Position numbers and translations under genes: made by a program
Assembly: GCA_963765765.1 (NCBI GenBank)
Contig: CAVXYC010000015.1
Coordinates: forward strand, 192,001-256,000
Length of the DNA: 64,000 nt
Reading direction: 5' to 3'
Source: an uncultured Chloroflexia bacterium
GTDB taxonomy: Bacteria; Chloroflexota; UBA6077; JACCZL01
Shown here: one piece after another, positions 21,241-31,211 of the stretch
How the letters are laid out: every line of letters starts with the position of its first letter
Position numbering within the stretch: the first letter of the stretch is position 1
Notes under the pieces: model-generated
What the model saw: only the letters and a program-made list of their open reading frames with translations
Database searches by the model: none
What the model was told of the DNA's origin: nothing

Positions 21241-21324
21241 GTAGTTGGAGTTAATGAGTTGAAAAGTGAAGAGTGGAGACGATGGACGCAATTCTTAGTA
21301 ACTCTTCACTCATAACACTTAACT
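21241..21324. repeat. AT-rich inverted 7-8-mer repeats between nthB and nthA
   Basis: agttaatg-agttgaaa-agtgaag-agtggag faces actcttc-actcata-acactta. Perfect core agtgaagagt / actcttcact. Confidence 0.55.
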
Positions 21325-21994
21325 GCCAACGAGATAGCTTTCCCAGAGATCAAGACTGACTGTGGAATTTGGCTCCGCGGCGTCGGTCCATAGCTCCTGC
21401 GCTGTGAATCGCACGGTGTAGAGCGGTTGAGGCTGCTCACCCAGTCCCACGGCGTTCGTATCCGGGAAGACGTACACGCCGTGGACGCTATCGATGATCC
21501 CGTGTTTACCCCGAGCATACCGCGGAAGTCGCGTATGGCCACGAGGGTGAATGTTCCGAGTCGTTACCCTGTCACCCACTCGAAACTTCGGATCTGGCCC
21601 GGGACGCTTATAGTTGCGACCGCTGCGAACCTGGCTCACCAATGAGCTGACAGAGTCAGAGTCCGTTGCTTCGGGGAGTGGCGCGTCGGGGTTCTGCTCG
21701 ATTTGCGCGATCCGAGCCTGGAGCTCATCCGGATCGATGATGCCCTTCTCGATGAAGTTGCGGATGGACCGATCCAGCCAGCGCTCGTAGTAGCTGCGAC
21801 GTCAGGTATTTCGCGGGATCCATCTGCTCGATGCCATAACGCGACTCATCGATGTTGGTAATCCCGAGAGCACCGGCAACGCGACTCATCGCGACGACGG
21901 ATTTTTCCCATTCTTCATGGAAGACCGGCTCGTTATCTTCGCGTTGCACTCGCCCAAATCCGTGCATGCCGCCCATGTCATGGATGCCGTTCAT
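21319..21994 (-). CDS. nthB: Nitrile hydratase beta subunit, frameshift near 21797
   Basis: MNGIHDMGGMHGFG, FHEEWE, SYYERWL, GHTRLPRYARGK, DLWESYL. Confidence 0.93.
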
Positions 21995-22025
21995 GGATCG
22001 TCCCCTCGCCAGCGCGTCCGGCTCG

Positions 22026-22054
22026 ATTGTACTGTCTCCGGTCGGGATTGTCAG
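22026..22054 (-). promoter_or_regulatory. Sigma70-type promoter for the nitrile hydratase operon
   Basis: Minus-strand CTGACA-N17-TACAAT, about 30 bp before ATG 21994. Confidence 0.5.
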
Positions 22055-22148
22055 AAGCGTCTTGCTGAATCGGGAAGGTCTAAGTCGCCTGCTGCCTGCG
22101 GTGCGGCGGAGCGCCGGACGGCGAAGTTCCGGGAGTGGGAGAGGACTT

Positions 22149-22885
22149 CTAATCGCCGTCAGTATTCGCCGTCTCGTCTCCCTGGCGAGATGGCACGCGA
22201 CGATCGCGATTCTCATCAAAAAGCTCGTGTTGAGCGTTCTCTTGCACGCGGTACTGACTCTTGCGAGCGGTCTCCTTCGTGTAGTGAGTAATGAACTGGA
22301 ATGCCACCAGCGAGAGGCTGACCATCGCCAGAGCAATCCCGTTTTGCAGTAGCACGGACGAGTTTTCCCAACCGATGAAGTGCTCCAGAAACGTCACCGC
22401 TTGGATCACCAGGATGACCGATATGACTTTCATCTCCAGATCGTTCAGTGACTCCACGCCCAGTGCAATTGGGAGATTCAATGGCGCCACAAATAAGCTG
22501 TACAGACCAATGCCAATAAGATAGAAGAAGACAGCCTTCAAGATGATGGTCACGACCTCGAGCAGCTTTACGGTGAGATCGGTTGACGTGACACTACCGT
22601 TGAGAACACCTACGGACGAAGTCCAGACGTGATAGACCGCGAGCCAGGCGCCTAGCACGAAGAGCGTGACTGCGATGCCCAGTACAGCCAGGACGCCGAG
22701 AAGCACTACGAATCGGGTATTGCCGATGATCCCGGCCAGGGGCGCAGGTGATTGCTGCGTCTCATTCTTCGATTGCCACGAGTTGTCGGCGTCGTTCGGA
22801 CTTGATGTTGCAGTCTGGTGATGTATCAACGGTTGCGGGCCTGACTGGCGACGTGCTGTACAGGTAGGCGTCGCTAGATCGACAT
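22149..22885 (-). CDS. YqhA (UPF0114) family membrane protein
   Basis: Four TM helices, GIGLYSLFV, SLNDLEMKVISVI, VTFLEHF. The likely start ATG 22885 (RBS aggag) needs one frameshift; the ORF track starts at 22829. Confidence 0.8.
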
Positions 22886-22912
22886 ATCTCCTGAGCAGTG
22901 CCAGGATCCCAG

Positions 22913-22929
22913 TGGCACCTTTCGTGCCG
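22913..22929 (-). promoter_or_regulatory. Sigma54-like promoter for yqhA
   Basis: Minus-strand CGGCACGAAAGGTGCC. The site is quasi-palindromic and also reads GG-N10-GC on the plus strand. Confidence 0.45.
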
Positions 22930-22934
22930 ATCGT

Positions 22935-23222
22935 TCAGCTGCCGCCGCGCAATAACGCGCCCGCATGCTCCAGCGCAGGCCAGTTGATGGCACCTACGGG
23001 GTACGCTGCCGCGTGAAGCAAGCTCAGGGCCTGGTTGACGCGATCCAGCCGCTCTGAGTCCATCTGCGGACCATTTCTTCTGGAATCGCGGCGGAGCTCG
23101 TCACGCAGAGCTACGAGAGAGCGTTGGATAGGACTGAGCTGCTCCGCGAGGTTCGACGGACGTTGAGCTTCAATCGTCTCGAGCATGCGCGCCACAGTTG
23201 CCAGCGATTGATCGTCGTTCAT
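22935..23222 (-). CDS. Hypothetical protein, last gene of the FDH operon
   Basis: 95-aa helical ORF with an ATGA overlap with the NrfD-like stop. Confidence 0.6.
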   Translation of the reverse strand: MNDDQSLATVARMLETIEAQRPSNLAEQLSPIQRSLVALRDELRRDSRRNGPQMDSERLDRVNQALSLLHAAAYPVGAINWPALEHAGALLRGGS

Positions 23223-24281
23223 GTTTGGCTCGAATCGTCAGATGGCTGCGAAATTCTGAAGTAGTCCGCGGGTCGGTTGGCTGAGCTATTCCCCGCGATG
23301 ACAAAAAGCCACCGCTCGGCGAAACTGCCGACGAGCGCTGAGAACGACCCGAGCAGGACCAGCGGTTGAAGTGGTCTGCTGGTGCTCAAAACGGCCACAT
23401 GGGTGATCGCAGGTAGCATGATACCGGCACCCTTGACCAGTACTCTGTCGACGGAGCCGAAAGGACGCTCCTTTCGCGGGTCTGTGAGACCCGGCCTTCC
23501 CCCAGGCTTGCTCAACGGATCGCGAAGACCAGAGCTGGACGCCCGCGGCAAACAGGCCCAGGAGGCTCAGCGGCCGTCGATGCGTTCCTTGCGGGTTGGT
23601 GACTCCAAGAATCAGATCAATTGCTGCAATTGCTGAGGCAATGGCTGTGCTTCCAAAGAGCACTGGAAGCGGTCGCGCCGCGGTGAGCCAGAGAGGTGTG
23701 CTGGTACTGGAGAGCAACGTTGCCGTGTACGTTGACATAGCGGCCCCCGAGACGGCGCCAAGGATTCCAGCGATCCGGTCCACCTTCGCAAGTTCATTGG
23801 ACTGAGTCCGATTCCGCCAGAAGTGAGTAGCGGCGGCAATGCTGCTCGAGAAGCCGAAGGCGCTCAGAACCCAGGAGCCGATGCTCATAGGTGACGTTGG
23901 CCGAGCGATGCGCAGCATGTTGTACCAACGGGTCGGTGTATGCAAATCGAGAATGAGCAGCACCGGACTGATCAGCGTTCCCGCGAGTGCGAGATAGCGA
24001 CCCGTCCGCACGACGGGTCGCTGCGAAGGCCCGCCGAACAGATCGGCGACGGTTGCGACGACCTGGGCTGCGCCTGCCAAACCGCCGAGGAAGAAGTAAG
24101 AGGCAATGAGCCAGCCCCAGGGGCTCGGCTTGACGACCGGGAGTCCGTAATAGTGCTCACCTCGATACGGTCGGAATTCCAGGTCGGATCGTCGCTTACT
24201 GGAGCGCTGAGAAACCTCACCCGATGCACGATCTGTATGTCGGCCGTATCGATGGGGCCGGGCCTCGCCGTCACCGTTCAC
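23219..24281 (-). CDS. nrfD: NrfD/PsrC-family membrane anchor subunit, frameshift near 23495
   Basis: YYGLPVVKPSPWGWLIASYFFLGGLAG, LILDLHTPTRWYNMLR, TSPMSIGSW, YTATLL. The C-terminus (GSFAERW) is in ORF 23219-23551. Confidence 0.85.
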
Positions 24282-25199
24282 TTCGATCGAGCTCGTGGAC
24301 GCGATTCCGCGAACGCCGCCGCGGCGGCCAGAGCAAAGGCCGCCATTGTTGCCATGCCGGTGACCACGCCACGACGGACACGTCGCGAAGGAAGTGATGG
24401 AGCGGTCGGAAGGTTGTAGACCTCGGGTCGATCGGTCAGGAGAAAGAACGCGTGTAGATCGCCGATGCCGCCCGTCGTACCCGAAGCTTCGTCGATCCCA
24501 TATAACTGAGCTGACGAAACGCCCCGGTCCTGAAGGCTATTCACGCGCCGGCGGGCACGCTCCTTCAGCTCAGGTCAGCTCACCGAACTGGATGGAGTTC
24601 GTCGGGCACGACTTGGCGCAGGCGGGCTCCAGTCCACCTTTCAGTCGGTCGTAGCATAGCGTGCACTTGTGCGCCTTACCATCGACCTTGTTGATGGCGA
24701 CGACGCCAAACGGGCACGCTGGTACGCAATAACCACAGCCGTTGCAGATGTCCTGCTGGACGACGACAGTATCGAACTCGGTCCGGAAAAGCGCACCTGT
24801 CGGACATGCCTCCAGGCAGGCCGCGTTTTCGCAGTGCTTGCAGACGTCGCTCAACATGAGCCAGTTGCTCTGGAAGGGTGGCATCTCCGTGACCGGCTCT
24901 GATTCGACATCGCTAATCTTCTCGATGAAGCTGACGTGTCGCCAGGTCGTGGCTCCCAGCGAGCCCGTGTTGTCATAACTATTGCCGCTGAGCTTCATCT
25001 CTTCGGCAGGCAGCACATTCCATTCTTTGCAGGCGACCTCACAGGCCTTGCAGCCGATACAGAGCGTGGTATCGGTGAAGAAGCCATACTGCTTGCCCGG
25101 CTCAATGCGGACGCCGGCGGAGATTTCGGACTCGTTTTCGATCCGGCCAGCGGTGTCTCGGGCGCGCTCGGGAATATAGCGGGGAAAGAGTGCGCTCAT
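24278..25199 (-). CDS. Formate dehydrogenase Fe-S (beta) subunit, frameshift near 24570
   Basis: CIGCKACEVAC, CKHC..AACLEACP, CNGCGYCVPACP, KCTLCYDR...CAKSCP. The tail with a TM helix is in 24278-24544. Confidence 0.9.
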
Positions 25200-25248
25200 G
25201 TTTGATTGGCTCCGAGGAATGCCGCGAATTCGCTCATCAATATCTTCA

Positions 25249-28200
25249 TCACCTCAACCGACCCTTCCTTACGTTGCAGGTAAACGCCTTGCCCTCATGG
25301 ATCGATGTGTTTGGGTCGCCCACCAGAGCGGTGAGATCGTTCACAATGTCGCCCGTAGCGTAGCCCTCCCAGCCAAAGTGCCAGGGCAGACCAATCTGGA
25401 AGATCTGGCGTCCGTCTATCGTGAGCTGCCTGAGGCGATCGGTCACCAGCGCGCGTGTTTCGATCTCACCTCGCGCTGTGGAGACAACCACCCAATCCAG
25501 CGAGGCGAGCCCGAGCTGACTGGCCAGCTCAGACGGGATCTCGGCAAATCCTTCCGGCTGAAGCTCCGCCGTCGATGGAACGAATCGCGTGGGAATTCCG
25601 CCGGAATGATGCTCGGTGAGGCGGTGCGTGGTGATGACATATGGATACGCTGGATCTCCGACGGCATGGTACCGATTGTCTTCTCGCTCCCAGCGCTTGG
25701 CTGCCGGGTTGTCCTGTTGCTCATAGAGCGGATTCTTTACGGGAGATTCGACCGGCTCATAGTGGCTGGGTAAGGGACCATCGCGCAGCCCTGACGGGAC
25801 GAAGAGCGCGGCCTTGCCGTCAGCGTTCATCATGAACGGCGATTTGCCATCGTGCGCGTCAACTCCGCCTGGTGCATCTGATGACCAGTCAGGGACAAAC
25901 GACGGCGCCTTGTCGGCTGGACAGTCGGGGATGTCATTCCCGCCCCAGCGCCCGGATTCTTCATCCCACCAGAGATAGCGCTTGCGCTCCGACCAAGGCT
26001 TTCCTTCTGGATCCGCGGATGCGCGGTTGTAGAGCACACGCCGATTGCTGGGCCAGGCATAGCCCCAATTCAGATGGCTTCCGGAGCCTTCTGGACCATC
26101 TGCCACACGCGACCGAGCCCGGTTTTCGTCTGAGCTGGGGTGCACTCCGGCGTAGATCCAGACGCCGCACGCGGTGCAGCCGTCATCCTTTAGCTCGCGC
26201 GGGTCGGTGATTTGTTCGCCCGTGGCCACGGTGAATCCATTTATCTCCCGAAGCACGGCTTCCGCAGATGGTTCCTGGTGCGGACCTTCGGTGGGATAGT
26301 CCCAGGTCAAGTTCTGAATGGGTTCATCGCGCGGATCGGCGCTGCCAGAGTAAAGCTCTTTCAGCCGCACGCCCAGGTGGTGAAAGAACCACAGGTCGGA
26401 TCGCGTATCGCCCGGCGGCTCCACAACCTTATCGTGCCATTGAATGAGCCGATGGGTATTGGTGAACGTGCCCTCCTTCTCGCCAGGCAGCGCAGCCGGA
26501 AGCAGGAAGATCTCAGTCTGGATGCTGCTCGCATCCAGCTCACCGTTCTCCACTTCGGGCGAGCTGAGCCAGAAGTTGGCTGTCTCGTTCTCGAATGTCT
26601 CGCGAACCACCATCCACTCGAGATTTCCAAGCGACTTCCGAATCAGGCGGGTATTGTGCCCACCTACGGCCGGGTTCTGGCCGATGAGCAGGAGCCCCTT
26701 AATGAGTCCATCGGCAATAGCCATCATCATCACGGACTGTGAATGATCGCCCATGATTTTCGGAATCCAGGAATACCCCCAGCTGTTCTGCGCCGTGGCT
26801 CGCTCGCCGTACCACGCTTTGAGGAGGCTGACGATGTACTTGGGGAAGTTGGACCACCAGCCGGTCGGCGCTGTTTCGGCACTTACATAGTCCTGAAATG
26901 ACTGGTGAGGCCGGTATGAGGCTGGTTGCGGCAGATACCCAGGCAGCAGGTTGTAGAGCGTTGGAACGTCCGTGCTGCCCTGAATACTGGTGTGGCCGCG
27001 GAGAGCGAGGATTCCACCGCCGGGGCGACCAATGTTTCCCAGCAGCGTCTGAATGATGGCCGCGGCCCGGATTGTCTGGACTCCTGTCGTGTGATGCGTC
27101 CAGCCAACGGCGTAGCACCACGCTCCGGTACGTTCGCGGCCGGAGTTTCGGGTCACTTCGTCGGCAATCTTCAAGAACGTTTCGCGCGGGCAACCTGTGA
27201 TGCGCTCCACCATCTCAGGCGTATAGCGCGCATAGTGCCGCCGCAGGATCTGGTACACGCAACGCGGATCCTGGAGCGTCGGATCGGTTGGCGGGGGGCC
27301 GTGACCGGCCTTTTCACGCGCGAGATGGCTTTCCACCTCAGGATGATGTTCTCCCTGATCTGACGGCGTCTGATGCCCGTATTGCCACGAATCCGACTGA
27401 TAAGCGTGACCTTTATCGTCCCAGCCGGAGAAAAGCCCCTCGAGGTCTTCAGGATCCTGGTAGCGCTCGTCGATGATATGCGCGATGTTGGTGTAATTGA
27501 GTACATACTCTTTGAACCAGAGATCGTGCTCCAAGATGTGCCGAATGAGACCACCCAGAAAGGCGATGTCCGAGCCTGCCCGAACCGGCGCATAGATGTC
27601 CGCCATCGCTGACGTGCGCGTGAAGCGCGGATCAACGTGGATGATCGTCGCGCCACGCTCCTTCGCCTCTAGCACGAAGCGAAAGGCAATGGGATGGTTC
27701 TCGGCCATGTTGGAGCCCATGATCACGACACAATCGGAGCTCGCCAGGTCCCACTGAGCAGTTGTCGCGGCGCCGCGCCCGAATGTGGCGCCCAGACTGG
27801 GCACCGATGAGCTGTGTCATATGCGCGCCTGATTCTCGATCCAGACCATCCCCAGGCCGGCGCCGCACAGTTTCTTGATCAGATAGTTCTCTTCGTTGTC
27901 CAGTGTGGCGCCGCCGAGCTCCGCGATCCCCAGCGTGTGGTTGACAACTGTTCCATCCGGCAGTTTCTCAACGAATGTCTCGTCGCGCGTTTGCTTCACG
28001 AGCTGGGCGATACGCTCCATGGACCATTCGAGCGACTTCTCTTCCCAGTGATCCGAGTACGGGGCTCGGTACTTCACCATGGTTAAGCGATTGGGATTGG
28101 AGAGCCAGCCGAACGTGGCCGCGCCCTTAGGGCAGAGCGTGCCCTGATTGATGGGGCTGCGCGGGTCGCCCTCGATGTGGATGATGTCATTGCCGCGAGC

Positions 28201-28401
28201 GTAGATGAGCTGGGCGCAGCCCACGGCACAGTACGGGCAGATGCTGGTCCCGACTCGATCGGCATCTTCGAGACGTGGGCGCGTGTCGCGGGAGGCCGCG
28301 GATTCAGCGGCTTTTCGAGATGAGTCCTGCCCTTGTAACTGACGCGGAACGGACCAATCTGATAGCGTCTGCTGAAGCCGCGTCCAGACGTTACTGGCCA
28401 A
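25249..28401 (-). CDS. fdh: Selenocysteine-containing formate dehydrogenase alpha subunit (FdnG/FdoG-like, Mo/W-bis-PGD)
   Basis: ORFs 27817-28401 and 25249-27804 are in the same frame, joined by TGA in ENQARI-U-HSSSVPSLGATFGRGA. Also CPYCAVGC...LCPKG, ALRGH, GLPWHFG. Confidence 0.93.
27787..27805 (-). promoter_or_regulatory. Bacterial SECIS hairpin
   Basis: GGUGCCC-AGUCU-GGGCGCC stem-loop beginning 11 nt 3' of the UGA (27817-27819). Confidence 0.75.
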
Positions 28402-28481
28402 GCAGTCTCATCCTTTCCACGGAACTATCGTAGCTCAGCCAACCGCACGAGGGGGCGTAAGTCACCTCGGAAGTCGGATCG

Positions 28482-28700
28482 TCAGGCGCGGCGCACGTAG
28501 TGTGCCGAAGCCGATGCTAATCCCGGCTGTCCCGTGTACTCGACAACCACCGGCGCGCCCTCCGCCAGCAATGCTCGAAGCTCGTCCGCCTGGAGATTCG
28601 CACCGCGACCCAGTGTGAGTAAGAAGCTTTGCCCAGTATCCGATGTCACGCGAAATCGCTGCTCCTGGACAAGCGTTATGCGTCCACTCAAGGTTGTCAT
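28482..28700 (-). CDS. Small hypothetical protein preceding the FDH alpha gene
   Basis: 72 aa, GRITLVQEQRFR...VVVEYTGQPGL, beta-strand rich and co-oriented with fdh. Confidence 0.6.
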   Translation of the reverse strand: MTTLSGRITLVQEQRFRVTSDTGQSFLLTLGRGANLQADELRALLAEGAPVVVEYTGQPGLASASAHYVRRA

Positions 28701-28776
28701 GTCCGATTGAATTCTGAGTTACTCCGTTGCCATCGTGCCATCCTGGCGTGCCGATCGCATGACGACAAGAGAGTGC

Positions 28777-28792
28777 TGGCATGTGCCGTGCG
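28777..28792 (+). promoter_or_regulatory. Sigma54-like promoter for yihY
   Basis: TGGCATGTGCCGTGCG, with a second candidate TGGCGTGCCGATCGCA at 28744-28759. Confidence 0.4.
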
Positions 28793-28809
28793 TCGGTAGG
28801 GTGAACAAC

Positions 28810-29757
28810 ATGTCAACCGGGAGTAGGCGAACCCAATGCAATCTGACCGACGCGGGTCACGTCCTTCGCTGTGTCATCCAGCATTCTCTACGCGATGATG
28901 TGCCAGGGCTCGCTGCCGAGCTTGCGTACAAGTTCTTCCTCGGGCTATTTCCGTTCCTGATGTTTCTTACCGCGCTCGGCGGGTTCGTATCGTCCCAACT
29001 AGGAATACGAAACCCCGCCGAGAACGTCGCTGAAACTTCGCAGGAAGGGCTGCCTCCGTCAGCGGCGGATCTCGTTACTCGGGAGCTTCGGGCGATGATC
29101 GGCGAACGGAATCCAGGCCTCCTCTCAGGCAGCATTGTCGGGGCACTTTTAATAGCTACGACAGGCGTGACGTCCATTATGAAGGCGTCGAATCGTGCCT
29201 ACGAGGTTCCCGAGACCCGACCGTGGCTCCAGCGATCCCTCCTGGCACTCTTGCTGACTGTGTTGGCGGGAGGATTCATCATCATTGCATTGGCGCTGGC
29301 GCTTGTCGGGCAGATCGTCGGCTCTCAGATTGCTCAAGTTTTCCAGATTGAGGGGGCGTTCTGGACGATCTATACCATCGCCCGGTGGCCCCTCATTACT
29401 CTCCTAGTGCTGGCAGCGGTGGCGCTGCTCTACCGTCTTGCGCCAAACGTGGACCAGCCGATTGGTTGGGTGACTCCCGGCGCCGTTTTATTTGTGTTGA
29501 GCTGGTTAGGCGGAACGTACATCTTCAGCGGCTACGTCGCGAGCTTCCACACGTACGATTTCGTCTATGGCACTGCTGGAGGGGTGGTTGTGCTCCTGGT
29601 GTGGTTCTACATGAGCGGCCTCATGCTTCTGCTCGGCCTGGAGCTCAACCAGGCAATTGATCAGCAGATCGGGCCTCGCCAAATTGAGAACAGAGCTCGT
29701 GAGCTCGGTGCAACACGAGCAGAAGACAGAATACCTGTAGGATCCAGCGTGGGTTGA
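28810..29757 (+). CDS. YihY/virulence factor BrkB family membrane protein
   Basis: DDVPGLAAELAY..FL.LFP, NRAYEVPETRPW, LYRLAPN, YGTAGGVVVLLVWFY...LLGLELN. Start approximate. Confidence 0.88.
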   Translation: MSTGSRRTQCNLTDAGHVLRCVIQHSLRDDVPGLAAELAYKFFLGLFPFLMFLTALGGFVSSQLGIRNPAENVAETSQEGLPPSAADLVTRELRAMIGERNPGLLSGSIVGALLIATTGVTSIMKASNRAYEVPETRPWLQRSLLALLLTVLAGGFIIIALALALVGQIVGSQIAQVFQIEGAFWTIYTIARWPLITLLVLAAVALLYRLAPNVDQPIGWVTPGAVLFVLSWLGGTYIFSGYVASFHTYDFVYGTAGGVVVLLVWFYMSGLMLLLGLELNQAIDQQIGPRQIENRARELGATRAEDRIPVGSSVG

Positions 29758-29889
29758 GCCGCCTCGCTTGGGCGTGAGCCATCGTCGGACTTACTGAAGA
29801 CATCCGTGAAGCCGCGGCTTGACGGTCCGCTCAAATTGCCACGATAGTCACTGGCGCAGACTGTCTTTCGTCCACAGTGGAGGTTGAGC

Positions 29890-31059
29890 GTGGCAACGCA
29901 GGCACTGGAGCTAAGCATTGAGGCGCTGCGAAAGCGCCGCGGGACTAAATGGCACCGTTATCCGGATGACGTGCTGGGCGCCTGGGTGGCAGACATGGAT
30001 TTCACGGTGGCGGAGCCCGTTGAAGCAGCCATCCGACGCATCGTAGACGCCGGCGATTACGGGTATGGGGCTCGCTTGGGCGAAGAGAGCCTCGCAGCTG
30101 CGTTCCAGTTTCGCATGGACAGTCACTTCGGTTGGACTCCTGAAACAGACCACGTCCAGGCCGTTTCCGATCTAATTCAAGCGCTCTTCGCGGCGATCCA
30201 CGCGTTCAGCGAGCCCGGCGATGGAATCATTCTGCAGTCGCCCATCTATCCACCGTTCCTTGCGGCGATCGATCAAACCGGACGTCGGCTTGATGACAAT
30301 CCGCTTGTCGATACCGGTTCAAGTTTCGCGCTGGATATGGATGGGCTTCGCGCGCGCATCGACGAGCGTACACGTATTCTGCTCGTCTGCAATCCTCACA
30401 ACCCCACCGGTCGGGTCTTCACGCGCGAAGAGCTTCTGGCTCTCGGTGAGCTTGCTGTGGAGCGCGACCTGGTGGTGATCTGCGATGAGATTCACGCAGA
30501 TCTCGTGTATCCAGGACGGACGTTTGTACCGTTCGCCACGCTCCCCCGCGAGATCGCCGACCGGACAATCACCATTACTTCGGCCACCAAGGGCTTCAAC
30601 ATTCCCGGTCTGAAATGCGGCGTGATGTACTTCGGTTCAGCCGAGCTGAAGCGTCGCTTCCATAAGACCATTCCCGAGCGACTTCTTGGACAGGTCAACG
30701 TGCTTGGTGTAGATGCGACCGTGGCGGCCTGGCGCGAGGGTCAGCCGTGGCTCGACCAGGTGATGACGCGACTCGTAGCGAACCGCGAGCGTGTGGCGGA
30801 TTTCATCCAAGAAGAGCTACCTGAGGTTCAACACTATGCGCCCGAAGGGACGTTTCTTGCCTGGATGGACTGCCGCGAGCTCGAGCTGCAGCCATCGGCA
30901 TACAAGTTCTTTCTCGATCGCGCCAAAGTCGGCCTGAACGACGGCGCGGACTTCGGCACAAACGGCGAAACCTGCGTCCGCCTGAACTTCGGCACGTCTG
31001 GGGTGATCCTCGATCAGATTTTGGCCCGCATGGTCTCAGCGGTACGAGGACGATCCTAG
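29890..31059 (+). CDS. patB: PatB/MalY family PLP-dependent C-S lyase (cystathionine beta-lyase-like)
   Basis: KW..WVADMDF, CNPHNPTGRV, DEIHADL, SATKGFNIPGL, EGTFLAWMD, VRLNFG. Confidence 0.88.
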   Translation: MATQALELSIEALRKRRGTKWHRYPDDVLGAWVADMDFTVAEPVEAAIRRIVDAGDYGYGARLGEESLAAAFQFRMDSHFGWTPETDHVQAVSDLIQALFAAIHAFSEPGDGIILQSPIYPPFLAAIDQTGRRLDDNPLVDTGSSFALDMDGLRARIDERTRILLVCNPHNPTGRVFTREELLALGELAVERDLVVICDEIHADLVYPGRTFVPFATLPREIADRTITITSATKGFNIPGLKCGVMYFGSAELKRRFHKTIPERLLGQVNVLGVDATVAAWREGQPWLDQVMTRLVANRERVADFIQEELPEVQHYAPEGTFLAWMDCRELELQPSAYKFFLDRAKVGLNDGADFGTNGETCVRLNFGTSGVILDQILARMVSAVRGRS

Positions 31060-31211
31060 AAGTTTAAAAAGGCAGTCGCGCCGGTCACCTGAATCGGTCA
31101 TTTCCTCAATTAAATATCGGTTGAACACCGGGTCAAAAGGTCGCTCGTTTCGCGTAGCGTCACGTACCATGACGGTCGCGTAGTGTGCGAAAAGAGACCA
31201 AGGGAGGACAG

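Noticed and set aside
27817-28401. Separate 194-aa gene or nonsense-mutated FDH
   Set aside because: The TGA lies at the Sec position, in frame, and is followed by a SECIS-like hairpin.
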